DNA of 62,990 nucleotides, filler included. It is 4 parts of 4 records of this genome, joined end to end, with 100 filler letters (N's around TTAATTAATTAA, not from the genome) between each part and the next. Parts side by side here need not be neighbours in the genome. Positions count along the whole stretch, not along the records: positions 1 to 14,588 come from DRR723986_4046; 3 more parts are not named here. One strand, written 5' to 3'. The notes below the pieces were generated by a model. That model was given only the letters and a program-made list of their open reading frames with translations. It searched no databases and had not been told where the DNA came from. Shown piece by piece: positions 1-8,736 of the stretch; position 1 is the first letter of the stretch; each line of letters begins with the position of its first letter. Made by a program: the position numbers and the translations under genes.

Positions 1-2
1 CC

Positions 3-203
3 GCCGTGGTGATCGGGGGCATCTCGCTGTTTGGCGGGCGCGGTTCGATCATGGGCGCTCTCTTTGGCGCGCTGATCGTTGGCGTGTTCCAGTCGGGTCT
101 TCGTTTGGCAGGTGTGGACGTGCTGTGGCAGGTTTTTGCAATCGGCTGGCTTATCATCATCGCGGTCGCGGTCGACCAATGGATCAGAAAGGTTTCGGCA
201 TGA
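3..203 (+). CDS. frcC: Sugar (fructose) ABC transporter permease, 3' fragment (truncated at window start)
   Basis: AVVIGGISLFGGRGS...DQWIRKVSA is the typical RbsC/FrcC C-terminus; its stop overlaps the next ATG (ATGA at 200-203). Confidence 0.8.
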   Translation, partial: AVVIGGISLFGGRGSIMGALFGALIVGVFQSGLRLAGVDVLWQVFAIGWLIIIAVAVDQWIRKVSA

Positions 204-973
204 CGGACCCAATCTTGCAAGCTCGCGGGCTGGTCAAACGCTATGGCCGTGTCACCGCGCTGGACAACGCCGATTTCGATCTGATGCCGGGGGAAATCCT
301 GGCTGTCATCGGCGACAACGGGGCCGGGAAGTCCTCGCTCATCAAGGCAATCTCTGGTGCGGTCACACCGGATGAAGGCCGGATCACGCTGGAGGGGCAG
401 GAGGTCAGCTACAGCTCGCCCCTTCATGCGAGAGAGGCCGGCATTGAATGCGTCTACCAGACGCTGGCCCTGTCGCCCGCCCTGTCGATCACTGACAACA
501 TGTTCGTTGGCAGGGAACTGCGCAAACCCGGCTTCATGGGCAAATACATGGGGATGCTGGATCGCAAGGCGATGGAGGACTTTGCCCGCGAGAAACTTTC
601 AGAACTTGGCCTGATGACGATTCAGAACATCAACCAGGCGGTGGAAACCCTGTCCGGTGGTCAGCGTCAGGGCGTTGCCGTGGCGCGGGCGGCGGCCTTC
701 GGGTCAAAGGTGATCATCCTCGACGAACCAACGGCTGCACTTGGCGTCAAGGAAAGCCGCAAGGTGTTGGAACTGATTCAGGACGTTCGGTCGCGCGGCA
801 CGCCGGTGGTTCTGATCAGCCATAACATGCCCCACGTGTTCGAGGTGGCTGACCGCATTCATATCCACCGATTGGGCAAACGCCTGACTGTTGTGAACCC
901 GAGTGAGGTCAGCATGTCCGACGCCGTGGCCCTGATGACAGGAGCAATGCAGCCTGATGCCGTCGCGGCCTGA
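200..973 (+). CDS. frcA: Sugar (fructose) ABC transporter ATP-binding protein
   Basis: Walker A GDNGAGKS, signature LSGGQ, Walker B ILDEP; start reassigned to ATG 200 (ATGA coupling); frcC-frcA-frcK order. Confidence 0.85.
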   Translation: MTDPILQARGLVKRYGRVTALDNADFDLMPGEILAVIGDNGAGKSSLIKAISGAVTPDEGRITLEGQEVSYSSPLHAREAGIECVYQTLALSPALSITDNMFVGRELRKPGFMGKYMGMLDRKAMEDFAREKLSELGLMTIQNINQAVETLSGGQRQGVAVARAAAFGSKVIILDEPTAALGVKESRKVLELIQDVRSRGTPVVLISHNMPHVFEVADRIHIHRLGKRLTVVNPSEVSMSDAVALMTGAMQPDAVAA

Positions 974-1583
974 AGATACTGCCCAGACCACCCTGCCGCA
1001 TCTGCTTGCACTTATGGGCTCACGCAAGTTGATCGCGGTCGCGGGGCCGCCGGGGTCGGGGAAATCCTCGGTCTCGGCGGCGCTGTGTCTGGCGTTGCAG
1101 AACGCCGGACGGTCAGCGGTGGTTGTACCGATGGATGGGTTTCACCTCGATAACGCAGTGCTGAGGCAACGCGGCATTCTGGAACGCAAAGGCGCGCCTG
1201 CCAGTTTCGATGCGGCGGGTTTCGTGCATCTGGTGCGCCGGATCGCGGCGGGTGAGGACGTGATCTACCCCGTATTTGACCGAGAACGCGACATCGCCAT
1301 TGCGGGTGCGGCGCATCTTTCGTCCGATACGGAATTCGTGCTGTTTGAAGGCAATTATCTGCACCTGCGTGATGCCCAATGGCGTGATCTGGCCCCGCTC
1401 TGGACCCTGACAATTGCCATCGACACACCGCGTGACGTGCTGGCGGATCGGCTGTTGCGGCGTTGGCTGGATTACGGGCTGCCCGAGGCTCAGGCCGCCG
1501 CAAGGCGCGATGCGAATGACATGCCCAATGCTGACCTTGTGCTGTCCAGCAGCTTTCCCGCCGACCTGACCATTTCCAATTGA
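957..1583 (+). CDS. frcK: P-loop kinase of the uridine/pantothenate-kinase-like family (FrcK-like)
   Basis: AGPPGSGKS, PMDGFHLDN, RKGAP..FD and EGNYL motifs; follows frcA. Confidence 0.75.
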   Translation: MPSRPEDTAQTTLPHLLALMGSRKLIAVAGPPGSGKSSVSAALCLALQNAGRSAVVVPMDGFHLDNAVLRQRGILERKGAPASFDAAGFVHLVRRIAAGEDVIYPVFDRERDIAIAGAAHLSSDTEFVLFEGNYLHLRDAQWRDLAPLWTLTIAIDTPRDVLADRLLRRWLDYGLPEAQAAARRDANDMPNADLVLSSSFPADLTISN

Positions 1584-1600
1584 CCGAAGGACAGACGACC

Positions 1601-2530
1601 ATGATCCTCTGCTGTGGCGAAGCCCTGATAGACATGATCCCCAGCCCGACACTTGAAGGCGGGAGGGACGGATTCGTCCCGCATTCCGGTGGTGCCGTCT
1701 TTAACACCGCGATTGCGCTCGGGCGGCTTGGAGTGCAGACCGGGATGATCACCGGTTTGTCCACCGACATGTTCGGACAGCAACTGGCCGATGCATTTCA
1801 TGCCAGCCATGTGGACACGACCCGCATCATCCGGTCGGACCGGCCCACAACGCTTGCCTTCGTCAAGCTGACGGACGGTCACGCGAGCTATTCCTTTTTC
1901 GATGAAAACTCTGCCGGGCGCATGATCCGGCCCGAGGATCTGCCCGACCTGTCGGACGAGGTCAGTGCTCTGTTTTTTGGCGGCATCAGCCTTGCCGTGG
2001 AACCCTGTGCCGACACCTATGCGGCACTGGTTGAACGCGAAGGCACGGGGCGCGCCGTGATGATGGACCCGAACATTCGCCCCGGCTTTATCAAGGATGT
2101 TGACCGGTATCGGGATCGCTTGGCCCGGATGCTGCGGTTGACCGATATTGTCAAAGTGTCCGACGAGGATCTGAACTGGATCTACCCCGGCCCGGATTCC
2201 CTGCAATCCAAGCTGGAAACGCTGCGGGCAACCGGCCCCCGGATCGTTGTCATGACTCGTGGCGGGGAAGGGGCGACTGCCTATCTGTCGGACGGGACCG
2301 ATGTGACCGTGGCTGCGGAACGTGTCACGGCTGTGGATACCGTGGGCGCGGGGGATACGTTCAACGCCGGGGTTTTGGCGAGCCTGTCGGAACAGGGGTT
2401 ACTGACCAAGTCAGGCGTATCGGCTGTCACTACGGGCCAGATGCATCGCGCACTGACGCTTGCCGCCAAATCCGCCGCCATCACCGTCAGCCGGGCCGGG
2501 GCCAATCCCCCATGGAGGGAAGAGATCTAG
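1601..2530 (+). CDS. PfkB-family carbohydrate kinase (fructokinase-like)
   Basis: GEALID, GGAVFNTA, DPNIRP, KVSDED and DTVGAGDTF PfkB motifs; AAGGA upstream of ATG 1601. Confidence 0.9.
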   Translation: MILCCGEALIDMIPSPTLEGGRDGFVPHSGGAVFNTAIALGRLGVQTGMITGLSTDMFGQQLADAFHASHVDTTRIIRSDRPTTLAFVKLTDGHASYSFFDENSAGRMIRPEDLPDLSDEVSALFFGGISLAVEPCADTYAALVEREGTGRAVMMDPNIRPGFIKDVDRYRDRLARMLRLTDIVKVSDEDLNWIYPGPDSLQSKLETLRATGPRIVVMTRGGEGATAYLSDGTDVTVAAERVTAVDTVGAGDTFNAGVLASLSEQGLLTKSGVSAVTTGQMHRALTLAAKSAAITVSRAGANPPWREEI

Positions 2531-2581
2531 CCGCCCTTCGAGACGATTTGATCTTGCGGATTGTCAGCTTTGCCCAAAACA

Positions 2582-2600
2582 CGTCATAAATGACGCGTCA
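2582..2600. promoter_or_regulatory. Candidate operator upstream of the LacI gene
   Basis: Inverted repeat CGTCAT-AA-ATGACG (2582-2595) overlapping the palindrome TGACGCGTCA (2591-2600); the same motif recurs at 3646-3695. Confidence 0.55.
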
Positions 2601-2611
2601 GGCAGGGGGTC

Positions 2612-3646
2612 ATGATGGCAAAACGTTCGACTGTGAAAGACGTGGCCCGAGAGGCTGGCCTGAGTGTGTCGACCGTGGATCGCGCGCTGAACGGGCGGAT
2701 GAAGGTGCGCGAGGAAACCCTGCGCAAGATAGCTGACGCGGCGCATCGGGTCGGTTATCACGCGCGCGGATTGATCGAGCAGCGCATGGTGCCGGAGCGG
2801 CCAAAAATGCGATTTGGGTTCGTTCTGCTCAAGCCGTCGCAACCCTTCTATCAGCAATTCGCCAAAGAGATCGAAAAGGCCGTCTCTGCCCGCACGGATA
2901 TTGAGGGGCAGGCCGTCATCCGCTACGCAAAATCGCAGGCGCCCGAGGAGTTTGCCAGCCTGATGGAAAGCCTTGGGCGGCGGGTGGATTCGCTGGCCTG
3001 TGTGGCCGTGAACCACCAAAGCCTGAACCGGGTGGTGCAGGATCTGCAGGAAAAGGGCGTGCCGGTCTTTTCACTGCTAAATGACTTCGCGCAAGGCATC
3101 CGGCGCAACTATGTCGGCTCGAACAACGTAAAAATAGGGCGTGTGGCCGCCTGGATGATCTCCAGATCGGTCAAGCAGCCCGGCAAGCTGGCGCTGTTTG
3201 TCGGCGGGAACCGGTGGCACGGGCACGATCTGAGAGAAGTGGGATTCCGGTCTTTTATTCGCGAAAACACGCCGGCGCTGCCGGTGCTCGATACGCTGGT
3301 CAATCTCGAAACGCGGGAACTGACCTATGAGGCGACACTCGATCTGCTGACACGCCATCCCGATCTGCGCGGGATGTACATTGCTGGTGGGGGCATGGAG
3401 GGGGCCATCGCCGCGTTGCGAGAGATGCGCCAGCCCCATGAAGTGTCCCTTGTGGTCAACGAATTGACCGACGACAGCCGCGCGGCCCTGGCCGATGGTT
3501 ATGCCGTCATGGCGATCGCAACCCCGCTGGACACATTGTGCAAGGATCTGGCGGAGCTGATGATTCAGGCGGTCCAGTCCGGCGAGGACGGCGTTGTCGG
3601 GCAGTATTTCCTGCAGCCCAGGATCTTTCTGCCCGAGATGATATGA
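2612..3646 (+). CDS. LacI-family transcriptional regulator
   Basis: N-terminal TVKDVAREAGLSVSTVDRALN HTH followed by a periplasmic-binding-protein-like sugar domain. Confidence 0.93.
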   Translation: MMAKRSTVKDVAREAGLSVSTVDRALNGRMKVREETLRKIADAAHRVGYHARGLIEQRMVPERPKMRFGFVLLKPSQPFYQQFAKEIEKAVSARTDIEGQAVIRYAKSQAPEEFASLMESLGRRVDSLACVAVNHQSLNRVVQDLQEKGVPVFSLLNDFAQGIRRNYVGSNNVKIGRVAAWMISRSVKQPGKLALFVGGNRWHGHDLREVGFRSFIRENTPALPVLDTLVNLETRELTYEATLDLLTRHPDLRGMYIAGGGMEGAIAALREMRQPHEVSLVVNELTDDSRAALADGYAVMAIATPLDTLCKDLAELMIQAVQSGEDGVVGQYFLQPRIFLPEMI

Positions 3647-3695
3647 TGACGTAAAAACGTCATTTTTGCGGCTGCAGAAAACGTCATTAATGACC
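3646..3695. promoter_or_regulatory. Two candidate operators upstream of the TIM barrel/ABC/iol genes
   Basis: ATGACGT-AAAA-ACGTCAT (3646-3663) and the perfect palindrome GTCATTAATGAC (3683-3694). Confidence 0.6.
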
Positions 3696-3789
3696 AGAAA
3701 TGCGCGCGCCCGATTGACGGAATCGGCGTCCTCGAACAGCTTTCGCAACGTCAACCGCCGCGTGAACGGGGGTGACATCGGGAGGATGG

Positions 3790-4605
3790 ATGTTTTTTTC
3801 GCTGAACCAGATCACGGCCCCGCAGCTTGGCTTTGTGGAGTTTCTTGAACTCGCCAAGCGGGTTGGCTGTGCCGGGGTGGAACTGCGCAACGATCTGGAC
3901 CGGCCGCTGTTTGATGGCCTGGCTCCAGCAGAGGCGGGTGCCATCGCCCGTGATCTGGGGTTGCGCATCGTCGCGCTGAACCATCTTTACGCCTTCAACT
4001 CCTGGCCACCGGAACAGTCCCCCAGTGCCGAAGGCTTGCTGGAGGCTGCCATCGGCAGCGGGGCAGAGGCCGTGTCCTTCACGCCCCGCAATGACGGCAT
4101 CGGCTGTGCCAATGGCGAACGACAGGCCAATCTGCGTATCGCGATCAAGGCGATCCTGCCGCTGCTGAAATCGGTCGGCATGACAGGCCTGATCGAACCG
4201 CTTGGTTTCATGACATCATCCCTGCGCAGCAAGGCCGAGGCGGTGGCAATCATCGATACGCTGGACGCCAAGGACCATCTGAAGCTGGCGCACAATACCT
4301 TTCACCACTTTCTTGACGGTGCGGCGGACCTATTTCCGGATCATACGGCGCTGGTGCAGATCTCGGGCGTGGTCAACACCGTGCTGACACGGTCTGACAT
4401 GCGCGATGAACATCGGGTTCTGGTCGATGCGCGCGATCAGCTTGGCACGGTCGACCAGATCGCGGCGCTGGTCGCCGGGGGCTATAGCGGACCCGTGTCA
4501 TTCGAATGCTATGCACCAGAGGTGCAGGGCAGCGCCAGCATCGAAGACGATCTTCGAAGATCCATGGAATTCATAGCATCGCAACTGAGAGCCACGGCTG
4601 CCTGA
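3790..4605 (+). CDS. Xylose-isomerase-like TIM barrel protein (IolI/inosose isomerase-like)
   Basis: GVELRNDL, GLIEPLGF, TFHH, RDEHRVLV and SFE motifs; GGAGG before ATG 3790; inositol context. Confidence 0.75.
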   Translation: MFFSLNQITAPQLGFVEFLELAKRVGCAGVELRNDLDRPLFDGLAPAEAGAIARDLGLRIVALNHLYAFNSWPPEQSPSAEGLLEAAIGSGAEAVSFTPRNDGIGCANGERQANLRIAIKAILPLLKSVGMTGLIEPLGFMTSSLRSKAEAVAIIDTLDAKDHLKLAHNTFHHFLDGAADLFPDHTALVQISGVVNTVLTRSDMRDEHRVLVDARDQLGTVDQIAALVAGGYSGPVSFECYAPEVQGSASIEDDLRRSMEFIASQLRATAA

Positions 4606-4684
4606 GCGACGCGTGAAATCGCCCCTGACGGGGCTTCCGGCAAGAGGAATGGTGTGCCGGACACCAAATTTGGGAGGAAACTTG

Positions 4685-5629
4685 ATGAAGAAGACACTTA
4701 TTGCAGCAACCGTTGCGGCAAGCGCAACTCTGACCGGGATGGTTGCCCCCGCGTATGCGGATGGTGAAACCTATGTTCTGGTCAGCCACGCGCCGGACAG
4801 CGACAGCTGGTGGAACACGATCCGTAACGGCATCGCGCTGGCTGGCGAGCAGATGGGCGTTGAGGTCGAGTACCGCAACCCCCCCACCGGTGACCTTGCC
4901 GACATGGCGCGGATCATCGAACAGGCCGCAGCTGCGGGCCCTGATGGCATCATCACCACGCTGGCTGACTATGACGTTCTGTCCGGTCCGATCCGTGCAG
5001 CGGTTGATGCCGGCATCGACGTCATCATCATGAATTCCGGCACTCCGGCTCAGGCACGCGAAGTCGGCGCCCTGATGTATGTGGGTCAGCCTGAATATGA
5101 TGCCGGCTATGCGGCTGGTCTTCGTGCGGCTGGCGATGGCGTGGAAAGCTTCCTTTGCGTGAACCACTACATCTCGTCCCCGTCCTCGACCGAGCGCTGC
5201 CAGGGCTTTGCCGATGGCCTGGGTGTCGAGCTTGGTAGCCAGATGATCGATAGCGGCCAAGACCCCGCCGAGATCCGCAACCGTGTTCTGGCCTACCTGA
5301 ACGCCAACCCGGAAACCGATGCCATTCTGACCCTTGGGCCGACCTCTGCTGACCCGACGCTGCTTGCGCTGGAAGAGAACGGTATGGCTGGCGCCATCTA
5401 TTTCGGCACCTTCGATCTGGGCGAAAACATTGTTCAGGGTATCCGTGACGGTGTGATTCAGTGGGGCATCGACCAGCAGCCCTTCCTTCAGGCCTATCTG
5501 CCTGTCGTGGTTCTGACCAACTATCACCGCTATGGCGTTCTGCCCGGCAACAACATCAATTCCGGCCCCGGCTTCGTGACCGCCGATGGCCTGGAAATGG
5601 TTGAAATGTTCGCGGGCGAATACCGCTGA
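4685..5629 (+). CDS. Sugar ABC transporter substrate-binding protein (probably myo-inositol)
   Basis: Signal peptide MKKTLIAATVAASA..AYA; Peripla_BP_4-like motifs (DSWWNTI, IDQQPFLQ); GGGAGG RBS before ATG 4685. Confidence 0.88.
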   Translation: MKKTLIAATVAASATLTGMVAPAYADGETYVLVSHAPDSDSWWNTIRNGIALAGEQMGVEVEYRNPPTGDLADMARIIEQAAAAGPDGIITTLADYDVLSGPIRAAVDAGIDVIIMNSGTPAQAREVGALMYVGQPEYDAGYAAGLRAAGDGVESFLCVNHYISSPSSTERCQGFADGLGVELGSQMIDSGQDPAEIRNRVLAYLNANPETDAILTLGPTSADPTLLALEENGMAGAIYFGTFDLGENIVQGIRDGVIQWGIDQQPFLQAYLPVVVLTNYHRYGVLPGNNINSGPGFVTADGLEMVEMFAGEYR

Positions 5630-5635
5630 CTCGTT

Positions 5636-5670
5636 TGGAACGGGCGGAGCCAATGCCTTCGCCCGTTCCA
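5636..5670 (+). terminator. Intra-operon stem-loop after the binding-protein gene (mRNA stabiliser or partial terminator)
   Basis: TGGAACGGGCGGAG...CTTCGCCCGTTCCA inverted repeat with no U-tract. Confidence 0.55.
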
Positions 5671-5709
5671 TGAAACGCTATCCCGAAAAACCACTCGCGG
5701 AGACCTCAT

Positions 5710-6831
5710 ATGTCCGAGGCATCAATCGACACATCCGCTGATGAGCGGATCAAGGAAACCTCCCGCTTACGCAAAGCGCTGATCCGCCCGGAACTGGGCG
5801 GCATCTGCGGAACCATCATCGTGTTCGCCATGTTCCTGATCTTTGCGGGCGACAGCGGAATGTTCAACAGCCAGGGTGTGATGAACTGGTCCGTCGTATC
5901 GGCACAGTTCATGATCATAGCCGTCGGTGCATGCATGTTGATGATCGCCGGAGAGTTCGACCTGTCGGTCGGGTCAATGATCGGCTTTGCGGGGATGATG
6001 ATCGCCATTTTCACGGTCACCCTTGAATGGCCGGTCTGGCAGAGCATCCTTGTGACCTTCGCGCTCTGCATCGCGATCGGTGCGCTTAACGGCTTCATCG
6101 TGGTCCGCACCGGATTGCCAAGCTTCATCGTCACGCTTGCATTTCTGTTCATCCTGCGTGGCTTCACCATCTACCTGCCGCAGATCATCGAGCGTCGGAC
6201 CATTATCGGCGGTCTCGACACCGCAGCCGAAGGCGATTGGCTGGCCGGCGTCTTCGGAGGCAAAATCCTTGGAGGGGTGTTCTCCTGGATGGGTGACAAC
6301 GGATGGATCGCCACGTTCGAACGTGGCACCCGCGCCGGGGAACCTGTGGTGGACGGTATCCCGATGCTGATCGTTTGGGCGATCGTTCTGGTCGTCATCG
6401 GTCATGTCGTGCTGACCCGCACCCGCTTCGGCAACTGGATCTACGCCGCAGGCGGAGACGCGCAAGCCGCGCGCTACGTGGGCGTTCCCGTCAATCGGGT
6501 CAAGATATCGATGTTCATGTTCACGGCCTTCTGCGCAACCGTTTTCGCCACCTGCCAGGTGATGGAGTTCGGATCGGCTGGCGCGGATCGGGGGATTCTG
6601 AAAGAGTTCGAGGCAATCATCGCCGTGGTGATCGGTGGCGCGCTTTTGACAGGTGGCTACGGGTCTGTCATCGGTGCCGCCCTTGGTGCCCTGATCTTCG
6701 GTGTGGTCCAGCAGGGCCTGTTCTTCGCCAATGTCGAAAGCTCGCTGTTTCGGGTGTTCCTCGGGGTGATCCTGCTCTTTGCCGTGGTCCTGAACACCTA
6801 TATCCGCCGCATGATCACAGGGGAGAGATAA
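5710..6831 (+). CDS. Sugar ABC transporter permease
   Basis: Multiple TM segments; GEFDLSVGS, TRFGNWIYAAGG and AVVIGG motifs. Confidence 0.92.
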   Translation: MSEASIDTSADERIKETSRLRKALIRPELGGICGTIIVFAMFLIFAGDSGMFNSQGVMNWSVVSAQFMIIAVGACMLMIAGEFDLSVGSMIGFAGMMIAIFTVTLEWPVWQSILVTFALCIAIGALNGFIVVRTGLPSFIVTLAFLFILRGFTIYLPQIIERRTIIGGLDTAAEGDWLAGVFGGKILGGVFSWMGDNGWIATFERGTRAGEPVVDGIPMLIVWAIVLVVIGHVVLTRTRFGNWIYAAGGDAQAARYVGVPVNRVKISMFMFTAFCATVFATCQVMEFGSAGADRGILKEFEAIIAVVIGGALLTGGYGSVIGAALGALIFGVVQQGLFFANVESSLFRVFLGVILLFAVVLNTYIRRMITGER

Positions 6832-6832
6832 G

Positions 6833-7621
6833 ATGACCTCTGAACACGCACCCATCATCCAGATGAAAAGCATCGAGAAGCATTTCGGCTCGGTCATCGC
6901 GCTGGCCGGTGTCTCGCTGGAGATCTTTCCCGGTGAATGTCACTGCCTGCTTGGCGACAACGGCGCCGGGAAATCGACCTTCATCAAGACCATGTCCGGT
7001 GTCCACAAACCCACGGCCGGGGAGATCCTGTTCGAAGGCAAGCCGATGCACTTCTCCGACCCCCGAGATGCGATCACGGCAGGTATTGCCACGGTGTATC
7101 AGGATCTTGCGATGATCCCGCTGATGTCGGTCAGCCGGAACTTCTTCATGGGCAACGAGCCGGTAAAGTCCTTCGGACCGATCAAGTTCTTTGACCATGA
7201 GTATGCCAACCGCGTGACCATGGATGAAATGAAGTCCATGGGCATCAACCTGCGCGGCCCGGACCAAGCCGTAGGCACCTTGTCAGGCGGGGAACGGCAA
7301 ACCGTCGCTATCGCCCGTGCGGTGCATTTCGGCGCCAAGGTGCTGATCCTGGATGAACCGACCTCGGCCCTTGGGGTTCGGCAGACCGCGAATGTTCTGG
7401 CTACCATCGACAAGGTGCGCAAGCAGGGCATCGCTGTGGTCTTTATCACCCACAACGTGCGCCATGCCCTCGCGGTCGGTGACCGCTTCACCGTTCTGAA
7501 CCGGGGCAAGACCCTGGGAACCGCGCAGCAGGGCCAGATCACACCGGAAGAGTTGCAGGACCTGATGGCCGGTGGTCAGGAACTAGTCGCGCTTGAAGGC
7601 TCTCTTGGTGGAACTGTCTGA
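6833..7621 (+). CDS. Sugar ABC transporter ATP-binding protein
   Basis: GDNGAGKS, LSGGERQ and LILDEPT motifs. Confidence 0.93.
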   Translation: MTSEHAPIIQMKSIEKHFGSVIALAGVSLEIFPGECHCLLGDNGAGKSTFIKTMSGVHKPTAGEILFEGKPMHFSDPRDAITAGIATVYQDLAMIPLMSVSRNFFMGNEPVKSFGPIKFFDHEYANRVTMDEMKSMGINLRGPDQAVGTLSGGERQTVAIARAVHFGAKVLILDEPTSALGVRQTANVLATIDKVRKQGIAVVFITHNVRHALAVGDRFTVLNRGKTLGTAQQGQITPEELQDLMAGGQELVALEGSLGGTV

Positions 7622-7695
7622 CCTGGCCACCTGACCGGCGACGCGGAGTGCGCGTCGCCGAAAACCAAAAAAATGAAGACAATCAGGAGAACGAA

Positions 7696-8688
7696 ATGAC
7701 CGTTCGTTTTGGGGTTCTCGGCGCAGGCCGTATCGGGCAGGTCCATGCCCGCGCCATCGCCTCGGTTGATGGGGCGCAGCTCGTGGCGATTGCCGAACCG
7801 ATGGAAGCGGCCGCCAAGGCTGCGCAGGCGGCCTTCGGATGTGACCTTCGGACGATCGACCAGATCGCGGCATCCGATGATATTGACGCGGTGGTGATCT
7901 GCACCCCGACCGACACCCATGCCGACCTGATCGAGCAGTTTGCCCGCGCTGGAAAGGCCGTGTTCTGCGAAAAGCCGGTTGATCTGAACGTGGACCGGGT
8001 CAAGCAGGCGTTGGCGACCGTGGAGGAAACGGGGGCCACTCTGATGGTCGGATTCAACCGCCGTTTCGACCCCGATTTCATGGCGGTGAAGGCTGCCGTT
8101 GATGCAGGCCGCATCGGCGATGTGGAAATGGTCACGATCACCAGCCGCGACCCCGGCGCGCCGCCGTATGATTATATCAAGGTGTCTGGCGGGATCTTCC
8201 GGGACATGATGATCCACGACTTCGACATCGCCCGCTGGCTGCTTGGCGAAGAGGTGGAAACGGTCATGGCACAAGGCTCGGTCCTGACCGATCCCGAGAT
8301 CGGCAAACTGGGCGATTTCGACAGCGCGAGCGTGATCATGCGCACTGCCAGCGGAAAGCAGGCGGTCATCACCAACTCTCGGCGGGCGTCCTATGGATAC
8401 GATCAGCGGATCGAGGTGCTGGGGTCGGCAGGCGCGGTCAGCGCGCGGAACCAGCACGAAGCGAATATCGAGCTGGCAACGGCCGAGGGCTATTCCCGCC
8501 CGCCGCTGCTGAACTTCTTCATGACCCGTTACATCGCCGCCTATGCCAACGAGATCGCGGCCTTTGTGGCCGCAGTGGCCCAGGGTGCGCCAACGCCCAC
8601 CACCGGGCTGGACGGGCTGAAATCGTTGCAGCTGGCCGAGGCCGCAGTTGAATCGGCGCGCACCGGCCAAGCGGTTCGTGTCGGCTGA
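7696..8688 (+). CDS. iolG: myo-inositol 2-dehydrogenase
   Basis: GAGRIG Rossmann motif, CEKP, GFNRRFD, TSRDP, DMMIHDFD and YGYDQR; AGGAG before ATG 7696. Confidence 0.93.
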   Translation: MTVRFGVLGAGRIGQVHARAIASVDGAQLVAIAEPMEAAAKAAQAAFGCDLRTIDQIAASDDIDAVVICTPTDTHADLIEQFARAGKAVFCEKPVDLNVDRVKQALATVEETGATLMVGFNRRFDPDFMAVKAAVDAGRIGDVEMVTITSRDPGAPPYDYIKVSGGIFRDMMIHDFDIARWLLGEEVETVMAQGSVLTDPEIGKLGDFDSASVIMRTASGKQAVITNSRRASYGYDQRIEVLGSAGAVSARNQHEANIELATAEGYSRPPLLNFFMTRYIAAYANEIAAFVAAVAQGAPTPTTGLDGLKSLQLAEAAVESARTGQAVRVG

Positions 8689-8736
8689 CAGGTGGGGCTG
8701 CACGGCCTCTGAACAGGTTATCGAGGGAGCGCGTTG

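Noticed and set aside
4571-6897. 366-aa and 307-aa minus-strand ORFs
   Set aside because: Shadows of the ABC binding-protein and permease genes.
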